From Rhodanobacter sp. (GTDB lineage Bacteria > Pseudomonadota > Gammaproteobacteria > Xanthomonadales > Rhodanobacteraceae), in assembly GCA_035655635.1 (NCBI GenBank), contig DASRUB010000091.1, forward strand, positions 1 to 56,934: a stretch of 56,934 nt of DNA, in the 5' to 3' direction. The position numbers and the translations under genes were made by a program. The notes under the pieces were generated by a model, which made no database searches, was not told the DNA's origin, and worked only from the letters and a program-made list of their open reading frames with translations. Positions 48,919-56,934 of this stretch are shown here, one piece after another (the first letter of the stretch is position 1; each line of letters begins with the position of its first letter).

Positions 48919-51681
48919 CTACCTGCCTGACGCCAGCCGGGTGAGCTCGTCGACGAGCCCGGGATCCGCGCTTCCCGATCTCGACTTGATCGCCAGTGCG
49001 TCGCGGGCGGCCACCGCGGCCTCCTCGTTGCGGTGGGCCTGCGCCAGCGCACGGGCCTCGAGGGCCATGATGTCGAAGCGGGCGATTCCACTCGGAAACA
49101 TGCTGGCGTACTTCGGCGCGATATCGAGCAGTTCGATCAGTGCCTCGTTGTTGCGCTGCAGGACGAACAGCGCCTGCGCGCGCACCATCCGCGTGCCGAG
49201 CTCGCGCTGGATCATGCCGCCCTTGGTCGTGCGGTAGATGGCCAGCACGCGGTCAGCGGTCGCGATCGCCTCGTTGTAGCGATGCTCGCGCAGCTGCAGG
49301 TTGGCAAGCTGTTCGAGCACATACGCGTAGTTGGGATTGTGGTCGCCATCGAAGGCCCGCTGCGCCTCGAGCGCAGCCGTGATGTCCACGCCGGCCTTGT
49401 CGAACTGTCCCGCCGCGCCGTAGGCAAGGCTGCGCAGGCCCAGCAGCCGTGGACAGACCAGCTTCTTCATGGCCAGCCGCGTGCAGGTGTCGATGCCCTG
49501 CGTGTACCAGTCGGCGGCTTCCGGATAGCGCGCCTGCCCGTAACGCAACTTGCCCATGCCGGCCAGCGCGTAGATCGTGCGCGGATCGTCCGGGCCGAAT
49601 ACGCTCCGGCGCAACTCGAGTCCTCGCGTTGCATACGGCTCGGCCTCGGCAAAGCGGCCCTGGGCGATCAGGAACGTACCGTACATGCCCACATTCCATG
49701 CCTGTGCCGGGTTGGGCTTCTCGAAAAACCGGTCACCCAGCGTGATCGCCGCGCGATAGGCGCGCTCCGCCCGTTGCATGTCGCCACTGGCCTCGGCGCC
49801 GAGTGCGATGCTTTCGTAGAGATCGAGGACCCGCGCGTTGGCCTGCGCGCCGCTGGATCGCCATAGCGCAAGCGTGGCATCGGCGCGCGCCAGACCCGCG
49901 CTAAAGTGCTCCGCGTCCAGCAGCGCAGTCGCCTCGTCGATCGACGCCGACAGTTGCGCATCGACCAGTTGCGCCTGCGCGGCAGTCCGGCGCGCCTGCG
50001 CCAGCAACGACAAGCCCCGATCGATCTGACCGCTGTGCAGCAGGGCATCGCCCAGCACACGCAGGCCCTCGATGCCGATGGCGTCATGACGTGCCACCAG
50101 CCCGGCGTAGGCGGGCTGCAGCAGGCTGATGACGCGGGCGTCATCGGCCTCATCCTCAAGCACGGCCGCACGCAATACGCGGACATCCCACCATGGGGCA
50201 TCGTCGGGACCATACAGACGGCTGATGATCGGGTCGCCGTGATCGAGCAGGACCATCGCCTGGTCGTAAGCGCCGACACTGCGGGCAACCTTCGCCAGCG
50301 CCAGCAGCAGATCCGCCCGCACGGCCTCGGGCAGGTCGCTTTGCTTCATCAACCGCGCCGAGGCCTGCCGGACCAGATCCTCCGGTGTGGGTCGCTGATC
50401 CCTGGGCAGGCCAGCTCCGGCCGACTGGAAAACCGATACCAGGAAATCACGCACGGCATTGGCGCGGGCGGCCTGCTCGCGCGCAACGCCGGCCTGCCAT
50501 AAGGCGATGCCGAGGGCGACCAAGACAGCGAGCAGAAACCCCGCCGTAGTGACGACGCCCGCGCGGTAGCGGGTGATGAATTTGCCAGTGCGGTACCAGC
50601 GCGAACTCGGGTGGGCCAGCACCGGCCGGCGGGCGAGATGACGCTTGATGTCATCGGCCAGTGCACCCGCCGAGGCGTAGCGTTGTTCCGGGTCGGCAGC
50701 GGTCGCCTTGAGCACGATGTGATCGAGGTCGCCGCGCAGCCTGGCACGGGCCCCATGCGTCGCCGCGACTATCGATGTCCCACCGCTGCTGTCGTCGGAT
50801 GACGACGACGCGTATGAATGGTGCGGCGCGATGCGCTTGCCGGTGACCAGTTCGCCGAGCAGGACGCCAAGCGCATAGACATCGGTGGCGGTGGTGATCG
50901 GCGTCTGCGCGAACTGTTCGGGTGCGGCATAGGCCGGTGTGAGTGCCCGCGGGGCGCCAGTGGCGGCATCACCGGCGTCTTCATCGAGCAGCTTGGCGAT
51001 TCCGAAATCGAGCAGCTTGACGTCGCCTTCGGCCGTCACCAGCACGTTGGATGGTTTCAGGTCGCGATGGACGATGAGCGCGCGATGCGCCGCCTCGACC
51101 GGGTGGCAGACAGTCAGGAACAGCTCCAGACGCTGGCGCAAGCCCACCTCGTGTTCGTGCACGTAATGCGTGATGGGCTGGCCATCGACCAGTTCCAGCA
51201 CGATATAGGCGAGGCCGCTGTCGGTGACGCCACCTTCGATCAAACGGGCGATGCCCGGATGGCGCAGGCGCGTCAGCGCCTCGCGCTCCCGTCGGAACTG
51301 TTTCTGCGCCTCGGGGGTATACAGGCCGCGCGCCAGCAGCTTGATGGCGACTTCCTGACGCACCCCATCGAGCTGACGAAAGGCACGGAACACGGTGGCC
51401 GAACCGCCTTCACCCAGCACCTTGATCAATTCGAACGAACCGACCCGGCTGCCTGCCGGCATGGTCGCGGCAATGCTGGCGTCGCCGATGGCGAGCACGG
51501 CGTTGGCGGCATCGCCGGACAACAGCAACTCGCCGCCGGCAGTATCGGCCGAGAGCAACTTTTCGATCTCGGCGCGGAGCAGCGGGTCGGCGCAGTGCTC
51601 GGCAAGCCATTGCTCGCGTGTCACTCCAGGCAGCTGTACTGCCGTCTCGAACAACTCGCGCAGTGTCGGTGTGGAATCCAC
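48919..51681 (-). CDS. Membrane Hanks-type Ser/Thr kinase with extracytoplasmic TPR domain
   Basis: GEGG, VAIK, HRDLKPSN, DFG, YAAPE, DVYALG; one TM helix; TPR-like C-terminus. Confidence 0.93.
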   Translation of the reverse strand: MDSTPTLRELFETAVQLPGVTREQWLAEHCADPLLRAEIEKLLSADTAGGELLLSGDAANAVLAIGDASIAATMPAGSRVGSFELIKVLGEGGSATVFRAFRQLDGVRQEVAIKLLARGLYTPEAQKQFRREREALTRLRHPGIARLIEGGVTDSGLAYIVLELVDGQPITHYVHEHEVGLRQRLELFLTVCHPVEAAHRALIVHRDLKPSNVLVTAEGDVKLLDFGIAKLLDEDAGDAATGAPRALTPAYAAPEQFAQTPITTATDVYALGVLLGELVTGKRIAPHHSYASSSSDDSSGGTSIVAATHGARARLRGDLDHIVLKATAADPEQRYASAGALADDIKRHLARRPVLAHPSSRWYRTGKFITRYRAGVVTTAGFLLAVLVALGIALWQAGVAREQAARANAVRDFLVSVFQSAGAGLPRDQRPTPEDLVRQASARLMKQSDLPEAVRADLLLALAKVARSVGAYDQAMVLLDHGDPIISRLYGPDDAPWWDVRVLRAAVLEDEADDARVISLLQPAYAGLVARHDAIGIEGLRVLGDALLHSGQIDRGLSLLAQARRTAAQAQLVDAQLSASIDEATALLDAEHFSAGLARADATLALWRSSGAQANARVLDLYESIALGAEASGDMQRAERAYRAAITLGDRFFEKPNPAQAWNVGMYGTFLIAQGRFAEAEPYATRGLELRRSVFGPDDPRTIYALAGMGKLRYGQARYPEAADWYTQGIDTCTRLAMKKLVCPRLLGLRSLAYGAAGQFDKAGVDITAALEAQRAFDGDHNPNYAYVLEQLANLQLREHRYNEAIATADRVLAIYRTTKGGMIQRELGTRMVRAQALFVLQRNNEALIELLDIAPKYASMFPSGIARFDIMALEARALAQAHRNEEAAVAARDALAIKSRSGSADPGLVDELTRLASGR

Positions 51682-51752
51682 GGTGGACCGCCTCTTCGAA
51701 GTACCCTACCTGCGATAAACCCCATCGGCCGGTCGACTGCGACGCCGCTTCC

Positions 51753-52283
51753 TCAGCCCATGCGCGCCTTGATGAAGGCACGGGCAAAACGCCAGTCCCG
51801 GTCGATCGTGCGCCGGACCAGCCCGAGCGTTTCGCCGACCTGTTGCAGGCTCAACCCGGCAAAGTAGTGCAGCTCCACCACCTGGGCGGCGCGCGCGTCG
51901 GTCTGTTCGAGCGCGTCAAGCGCTGCGTCGAGCGCGAGCGCCTGGCTGGCCGTGTCGAGAGCCAGTCGCAGATCATCATCGTCGAGCGTGACCTTCAGCC
52001 ATTGGCCACCGGCGCGCAGGCGCAAGCGGTCGCGCGCGCGGTTGACCAGCAGGTGGCGCATGGCCCGGGCGGCATAGCTGAAGAATTGTGCCGGGTGCTC
52101 GAAATGCAGGGCCTCGCGCTGGCCCATCCGCAAATACAGCTCATGCACCAGTTCGGTGGTATCCAGCGTGGCGCTCCGGCGGCTCGCCAGTTGCCGCGCG
52201 GCCATCGCCTTCAGGCGTGCGTAGACCGTGACGAACAGTGCGTCCGTCGAGCCGTCGGCGAAGGATGGTCCGGTCCCGGGCAT
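51753..52283 (-). CDS. ECF sigma factor, ECF43/TIGR02999 type
   Basis: VYARLKAMA, TLDTTELVHELYL, FFSYAARAMRHLLV, VELHYFAGLS, RDWRFARAF; directly upstream of the kinase. Confidence 0.9.
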   Translation of the reverse strand: MPGTGPSFADGSTDALFVTVYARLKAMAARQLASRRSATLDTTELVHELYLRMGQREALHFEHPAQFFSYAARAMRHLLVNRARDRLRLRAGGQWLKVTLDDDDLRLALDTASQALALDAALDALEQTDARAAQVVELHYFAGLSLQQVGETLGLVRRTIDRDWRFARAFIKARMG

Positions 52284-52361
52284 ATGCCTCGAACGCGTCG
52301 CATGGAGATGCAGGCCTCGTCGGCAGGATGGTACGCCTGCACGGGCCTGGCGGGGACAGCG

Positions 52362-52398
52362 AAAAGGCCGGCGTCCGCTGGAGCGGACCAACCGGCCT
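52362..52398 (-). terminator. Intrinsic terminator downstream of tRNA-Ala
   Basis: Minus strand AGGCCGG..GTCCGCT-CC-AGCGGAC..CCGGCCTTTT. Confidence 0.65.
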
Positions 52399-52419
52399 GA
52401 TGAAGGTGTTGCCAATGCG

Positions 52420-52495
52420 TGGTGGAGCGGATGGGGATCGAACCCACGACCTCTACGATGCGAACGTAGCGCTCTCCCAGCTGAGCTACCGCCCC
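52420..52495 (-). tRNA. tRNA-Ala (anticodon CGC)
   Basis: GGGGCGGTAGCTCAGCTGGGAGAGCGCTACGTTCGCATCGTAGAGGTCGTGGGTTCGATCCCCATCCGCTCCACCA: 76 nt, G3:U70 pair, encoded CCA. Confidence 0.97.
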
Positions 52496-52685
52496 ACGTG
52501 AGCCGCGGATGTTAGCAGCGTGCAGGCGGATTCGCCAAGTGTTTCCCTCCGCAGGCTGGTGGCGGGTCGCGGCGCCGCGACGGGACTGTGGCTACGGCTG
52601 GCGCACGGCGTTCTGCTAACCTTGGGGGCTGCCGCGGCGCTATCCATTGCCCGGCGGAATGCCCCCATCGTCAGTAGAGGATCCC

Positions 52686-54065
52686 ATGGCGCTTACCCCG
52701 GCCCGCACCATGCCTGGCGTGCTCGAGCTGTTGCCGCTCGACCAGATCGCGTTCCAGCGCATGCTCGACGTGATCCGCCGCAATTACGAGCGCTTCGGCT
52801 TTCTCGCGGTGGAGACGCCAGTGATCGAGTACGCCGACGTGTTGCTGACCAAGAACGGTGGCGAGACCGAGCGGCAGGTGTATTTCGTGCAGTCGACCGG
52901 GGCGCTCGGCAAGGCCGAGGAAGGGACGCCGGAGCTGGCGCTTCGCTTCGACCTGACGGTGCCGCTGGCGCGCTACGTGGCCGAGCACGAGCGCGAGCTG
53001 AGCTTTCCGTTCCGCCGCTATCAGATGCAGAGGGTCTATCGGGGCGAACGTGCCCAGCGTGGACGCTTCCGCGAGTTCTACCAGTGCGACATCGACGTGA
53101 TCGGCAAGGACTCGCTGTCGGTGCGCTACGACGCCGAGATCCCGGCGGTGATCTACAGCGTTTTCCGCGAGCTGGCGATCGGGCCGTTCACCATCCAGCT
53201 CAACAATCGCAAGCTGATGCGCGGCTATTTCGAAAGCCTGGGCATCGTCGACGCCGAGCAGCAGATGCTGGTGCTGCGCGAAGTCGACAAGCTGGACAAA
53301 CGGGGCGCGGACCATGTGCGCGACACGTTGACCGGTGAGGCATTCGGTCTGGGCGCGGAGGTCGCCGCGAAGATCCTGGCCTTCGTGCAGATCCGCTCGA
53401 CCTCGCTGCGCGATGCCCTGGACAAGCTCGACGCGCTGGGCGCCGGGCCGGCGGCGATGGAGCAGGGTCGCGCCGAGTTGAAGGGAGTGCTTGGCCTGAT
53501 CCACGCTTTCGGCGTCCCGGAATCCCACTACGCCTTGAATCTGTCGATCGCACGCGGCCTGGACTACTACACCGGCACGGTCTACGAGACCACCCTCGAC
53601 GAGCACCCGCAGATCGGCTCGATCTGCTCGGGTGGGCGCTACGAGAACCTGGCGGGGCAATACACCAAGTCCCATTTACCCGGCGTCGGCATCTCGATCG
53701 GCCTGACCCGGCTGTACTGGCAATTGCGCGACGCCGGCTTGATCAAGAACGCCAGCAGCACGGTCGACGTGCTGGTGACCCAGATGGACGAGGCGCAACT
53801 GCCAGCCTACCTGGCCCTGGCGGGCGAACTGCGCGGCGCGGGCATCGCCACCGAGGTGGTACTGGAAGGCAGCAAGCTGGGCAAGCAGTTCAAATACGCC
53901 GACCGCGCCGGTATCCGCTTCGTGATCGTGCTGGGCGAGGACGAAATCGCCAGGCGCGTGGTGACGGTGAAGGACCTGCGCCGTGCGGATCAGTTCGAGG
54001 TGGCGCGCGACGATCTGATCAAGACGCTGCGGGTGGAGCTGGAGCAGGCCGCGGCGATGGGTTGA
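52686..54065 (+). CDS. hisS: Histidine--tRNA ligase
   Basis: [43 protein letters not shown], anticodon-binding domain. Confidence 0.97.
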   Translation: MALTPARTMPGVLELLPLDQIAFQRMLDVIRRNYERFGFLAVETPVIEYADVLLTKNGGETERQVYFVQSTGALGKAEEGTPELALRFDLTVPLARYVAEHERELSFPFRRYQMQRVYRGERAQRGRFREFYQCDIDVIGKDSLSVRYDAEIPAVIYSVFRELAIGPFTIQLNNRKLMRGYFESLGIVDAEQQMLVLREVDKLDKRGADHVRDTLTGEAFGLGAEVAAKILAFVQIRSTSLRDALDKLDALGAGPAAMEQGRAELKGVLGLIHAFGVPESHYALNLSIARGLDYYTGTVYETTLDEHPQIGSICSGGRYENLAGQYTKSHLPGVGISIGLTRLYWQLRDAGLIKNASSTVDVLVTQMDEAQLPAYLALAGELRGAGIATEVVLEGSKLGKQFKYADRAGIRFVIVLGEDEIARRVVTVKDLRRADQFEVARDDLIKTLRVELEQAAAMG

Positions 54066-54145
54066 AGGGCGATGGGCTGAAGCATGGCGCTTCTATCGTC
54101 ATTTCATGGATTCGGGAACAGCGGCAAACAATCGGAGCAATTGCG

Positions 54146-56056
54146 GTGAGCGAAACCATAATTCTGGACGGCAACAGCCTCACCCGTGCGCAACTGGTGG
54201 CGGTGGCGCGCCATGGGGACAGGGTTTCGCTGGATCCGGCCGGGCTCGCGCGGGTGCAGCGCGCCGCCGATTTCCTGGCCGACAAGGTCAGTTGCGGCGA
54301 GCCCATCTATGGCGTTACCACCGGTTTTGGAAGCAACGCCGACAAACTGCTCGGCGCACATCGGCTGCGTGACGAATTGCCCGGCGCAGCGTTGATCAAC
54401 GATGGGCCGCACCGCCCCGAAGGCAGCTTGCTGGAGGAATTGCAGCACAACCTGATCATCACCCATGCGGTTTGCGTGGGTAAGCCGCTCGCCGACGAGG
54501 TGGTGCGGGCGATGCTGGTGATACGCATCAACACGCTGATGCGCGGTCATTCCGGTATCCGCGTGAGCACGCTCGAAGCGCTGACCGCGATGCTCAACGC
54601 CGGCGTGGTGCCGGTGGTCCCGGAGAAGGGTTCGGTCGGCGCCAGTGGCGACCTGGCGCCGCTGTCGCATCTGGCGATCGTGTTGCTGGGTGGTGGCGAG
54701 GCGTTTTACCAGGGTGAGCAGATGGCCGGTGCCGAGGCGTTGAAACGCGCCGGGCTGGCACCGATCCGGCTGTCGTTCAAGGAAGGTCTGGCACTCAATA
54801 ACGGTACCGCGCAGATGCTGGCGACCGGTACGCTGGCGCTGGACCGGCTGGAACAGTTGCTGGACACCGCCGACCTGGCGGCGGCGATGACCCTGGATGC
54901 CTTTGCCGGCCGCAGCGGCGCCTTGCGTCCCGAGGTGCATGCGCTGCGCCCGCACCCGGGGCAGGTCGACACCGCCGCACGAGTACGCGCGTTGCTGGAC
55001 GGCTCGACCCTGCTCGATATTCCCTATCATCTGGTGCCGCGCTTCAAGTCGTGGAGTGCCGAGGCGTGGAGCGAGCCGGATGACCAGTCGCTCAGCTTCG
55101 ATATCAGCTGGGACTGGGTGCCGGCCAACCAGCGCCACGGACGCGAGGCGTTCTACAGCCGGTTCCTGCCGTTCAAGGGCGGCAAGAAACACCAGCCGCA
55201 GGACGCCTACAGCCTGCGCTGCATGCCGCAGGTGCATGGCGCGGTGCGCGATGCCTGGAGCCAGGCCTGCCGCGTATTCGACATCGAGCTGAATTCGGTC
55301 ACCGACAATCCGCTGATCTTCCCCGACAAGGAGGATGCGCAGTTCATCGAGGAACAGGTCATCTCGGCCGGCCATTTCCACGGCATGCCGCTGGCGCTGG
55401 CGATGAGCTATGTGAAGGCGGCACTGCCGGTGCTGGCCTCGATTTCCGAGCGACGTCTCACCAAGCTGGTCGACGCGGCGACCAACGATGGTTTGCCGGC
55501 CTTCCTCACCGGCAACGAAGATGGCACCGACTCCGGCTTCATGATCGTGCAGTACACCGCTGCCGCCCTGGTCAACGACCTGGCCACGCGGGCGCATCCG
55601 GCCAGCGTGTACTCGGTGCCGACCAGCGCGAACGCCGAGGATCACGTTTCGATGGGTGCCAACGAGGCACGCCACGTGCTGGAGATGACCGAGGACCTCG
55701 GCCACGTGCTGGCATTGGAGCTGTACACCGCCGGGCAGGCGCTGGACTATCGCCAGGAGATGCTCAACGCCGCGCGCAGGCTGGCCAGCCGCGGCGGCTG
55801 GCAGGCAGTGGCCGCGAAGGTGACCAATGCACCGCGCGAGGACCAGTCCCATTACGACCAGTTCGTGACCGAAGTGAAGCAGCTGGCCGCCGCCCTGGCT
55901 GGTGCCGATGATTTCCATGCCGGTGCCAGCGTGCGCGAGGCACATGCGATCCTGCGTGGAAAGATCGATTTCATGCACCGCGATCGCGCGATGGATGGCG
56001 ACGTCGCCAACGCCTGCTTGCTGGTGCAGCAGGGCGCGTTCCGCCCGGCGCTTTGA
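54146..56056 (+). CDS. hutH: Histidine ammonia-lyase (MIO-dependent), long form
   Basis: YGVTTGFG, GSVGASGDL (MIO-forming ASG), KEGLALNNGT, QDAYSLRC, NSVTDNP, EDHVSMG; His retained in NLIITH. Confidence 0.8.
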   Translation: MSETIILDGNSLTRAQLVAVARHGDRVSLDPAGLARVQRAADFLADKVSCGEPIYGVTTGFGSNADKLLGAHRLRDELPGAALINDGPHRPEGSLLEELQHNLIITHAVCVGKPLADEVVRAMLVIRINTLMRGHSGIRVSTLEALTAMLNAGVVPVVPEKGSVGASGDLAPLSHLAIVLLGGGEAFYQGEQMAGAEALKRAGLAPIRLSFKEGLALNNGTAQMLATGTLALDRLEQLLDTADLAAAMTLDAFAGRSGALRPEVHALRPHPGQVDTAARVRALLDGSTLLDIPYHLVPRFKSWSAEAWSEPDDQSLSFDISWDWVPANQRHGREAFYSRFLPFKGGKKHQPQDAYSLRCMPQVHGAVRDAWSQACRVFDIELNSVTDNPLIFPDKEDAQFIEEQVISAGHFHGMPLALAMSYVKAALPVLASISERRLTKLVDAATNDGLPAFLTGNEDGTDSGFMIVQYTAAALVNDLATRAHPASVYSVPTSANAEDHVSMGANEARHVLEMTEDLGHVLALELYTAGQALDYRQEMLNAARRLASRGGWQAVAAKVTNAPREDQSHYDQFVTEVKQLAAALAGADDFHAGASVREAHAILRGKIDFMHRDRAMDGDVANACLLVQQGAFRPAL

Positions 56057-56079
56057 CGCACACTTCAAGGGAGCAAGAC

Positions 56080-56478
56080 ATGAGCCTGATCCAGACCCCG
56101 GTATCCTACGGCGAGTTGATCGACAAGATCACCATCCTCGAAATCAAGTCGCGGCGGATGACCGACGAAGCCAAGCTGGCCAACGTGCGCAATGAGCTGG
56201 ATCTGCTCAACGCCACGTGGGCAAACGACGCGGCCTCGCAAGGCGATATCGGCGCTGAACGCGCCAGCCTGTTTGCCGTCAACGAACTGTTGTGGGACAT
56301 CGAGGACAAGATTCGCCTGAAGGAACGCGCGCAGGCGTTCGACCACGAGTTCATCGAGTTGGCGCGCTCGGTCTATTTCCGCAACGACGAGCGCGCGGCG
56401 TTCAAGCGCGCGATCAACCTCAAGTTGGGCTCGCAACTGGTCGAGGAAAAGTCGTACCAGGACTACCGCAAGGGCTAG
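56080..56478 (+). CDS. DUF6165 family protein
   Basis: PVSYGELIDKITILEIK..LWDIED..FIELARSVY..ND.R..K..IN..GS.LVEEKSY. Confidence 0.8.
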   Translation: MSLIQTPVSYGELIDKITILEIKSRRMTDEAKLANVRNELDLLNATWANDAASQGDIGAERASLFAVNELLWDIEDKIRLKERAQAFDHEFIELARSVYFRNDERAAFKRAINLKLGSQLVEEKSYQDYRKG

Positions 56479-56510
56479 GAGCCTGCCGGGGTTGCAAATC
56501 CGCCTGTGCC

Positions 56511-56563
56511 GGGAGCGTGGGCGTCCTGCCCGCCAAAGCATGCCGGCGAGACGCCGGCGCTCC
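56511..56563. repeat. REP-like inverted doublet between convergent genes
   Basis: GGGAGCGTGGGCGTCCTGCCCGC-N8-GCCGGCGAGACGCCGGCGCTCC: two palindromic units in inverted orientation. Confidence 0.55.
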
Positions 56564-56573
56564 GTGGGTCGGC

Positions 56574-56934
56574 TCAGTGAGGCAGGAATTCTTCCAGCGC
56601 CTTGACCAGTTCCTCTTCCTTGATCGGTTTGGTGACATAGGCCTTGGCGCCCTGGCGCATGCCCCAGACCTTGTCGGTTTCCTGATCCTTGGTGGTCACC
56701 AGGATGATCGGAATGTGCGCGGTATCGGCGTTCTTGCTGATCGTGCGGGTGGCCTGGAAGCCGTTGAGGTTCGGCATGACCACGTCCATCAGGATCAGAT
56801 CGGGCTTTTCCGCTTTGGCCACTTCCACGCCCGCGGCGCCGTCTTCGGCAGAAAGCGTCTCATGCCCGAGTTTCTCGACGATCCGCTTGATGCCCAGCAA
56901 TTGCGACGGGGAGTCGTCGACGATCAGGATACGT
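56574..56934 (-). CDS. pilH: Single-domain response regulator PilH (start just beyond window)
   Basis: RILIVDDSP, LILMDVVMP..NGFQATR, TTKDQETDKVWGMRQGAKAYVTKP. Confidence 0.88.
   Translation of the reverse strand, partial: RILIVDDSPSQLLGIKRIVEKLGHETLSAEDGAAGVEVAKAEKPDLILMDVVMPNLNGFQATRTISKNADTAHIPIILVTTKDQETDKVWGMRQGAKAYVTKPIKEEELVKALEEFLPH

Noticed and set aside
52362-52495. tRNA-Ala 3' end as the integration site of the accessory region
   Set aside because: No integrase in the window, the tRNA's own terminator follows directly, and the only echoes of its 3' end (TGGTGGAG near 14740 and 46843) are too short to call att sites.

Overview
High-GC gammaproteobacterial chromosome segment; hisS, a long histidine ammonia-lyase, DUF6165 and pilH suggest Rhodanobacteraceae/Xanthomonadales (inference). 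It has four parts. (1) 1-34.5 kb: an accessory cluster dominated by exported proteins: three VPS10/BNR beta-propeller paralogs, M28, two M24, an S9 peptidase, an M20-fold protein lacking most metal ligands, two DUF885 proteins, an esterase, and signal-peptide-bearing Rid and VOC proteins. In its centre is a divergent cytoplasmic module (MFS-TIGR04076-AKR opposite APC permease and an AKR::Rid fusion). Several spacers hold decayed IS3, IS30 and LysR fragments. (2) 35-45 kb: a TPR-sulfotransferase, a decayed 180-bp-period repeat, and a sigma54/AcoR-type-controlled alcohol oxidation operon (aldB, deleted porin, PQQ dehydrogenase with the lanthanide-type D-x-D motif, XoxJ-like::cytochrome c fusion, DUF779). 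(3) 45-52.3 kb: a second S9 peptidase, a small membrane protein, and an ECF43-type sigma factor plus Ser/Thr kinase upstream of a MauG/BthA-like di-heme protein. (4) tRNA-Ala(CGC) and core genes. No CRISPR array, intact transposase or integrase was seen. All family assignments come from motif recognition by eye; no database search was run.
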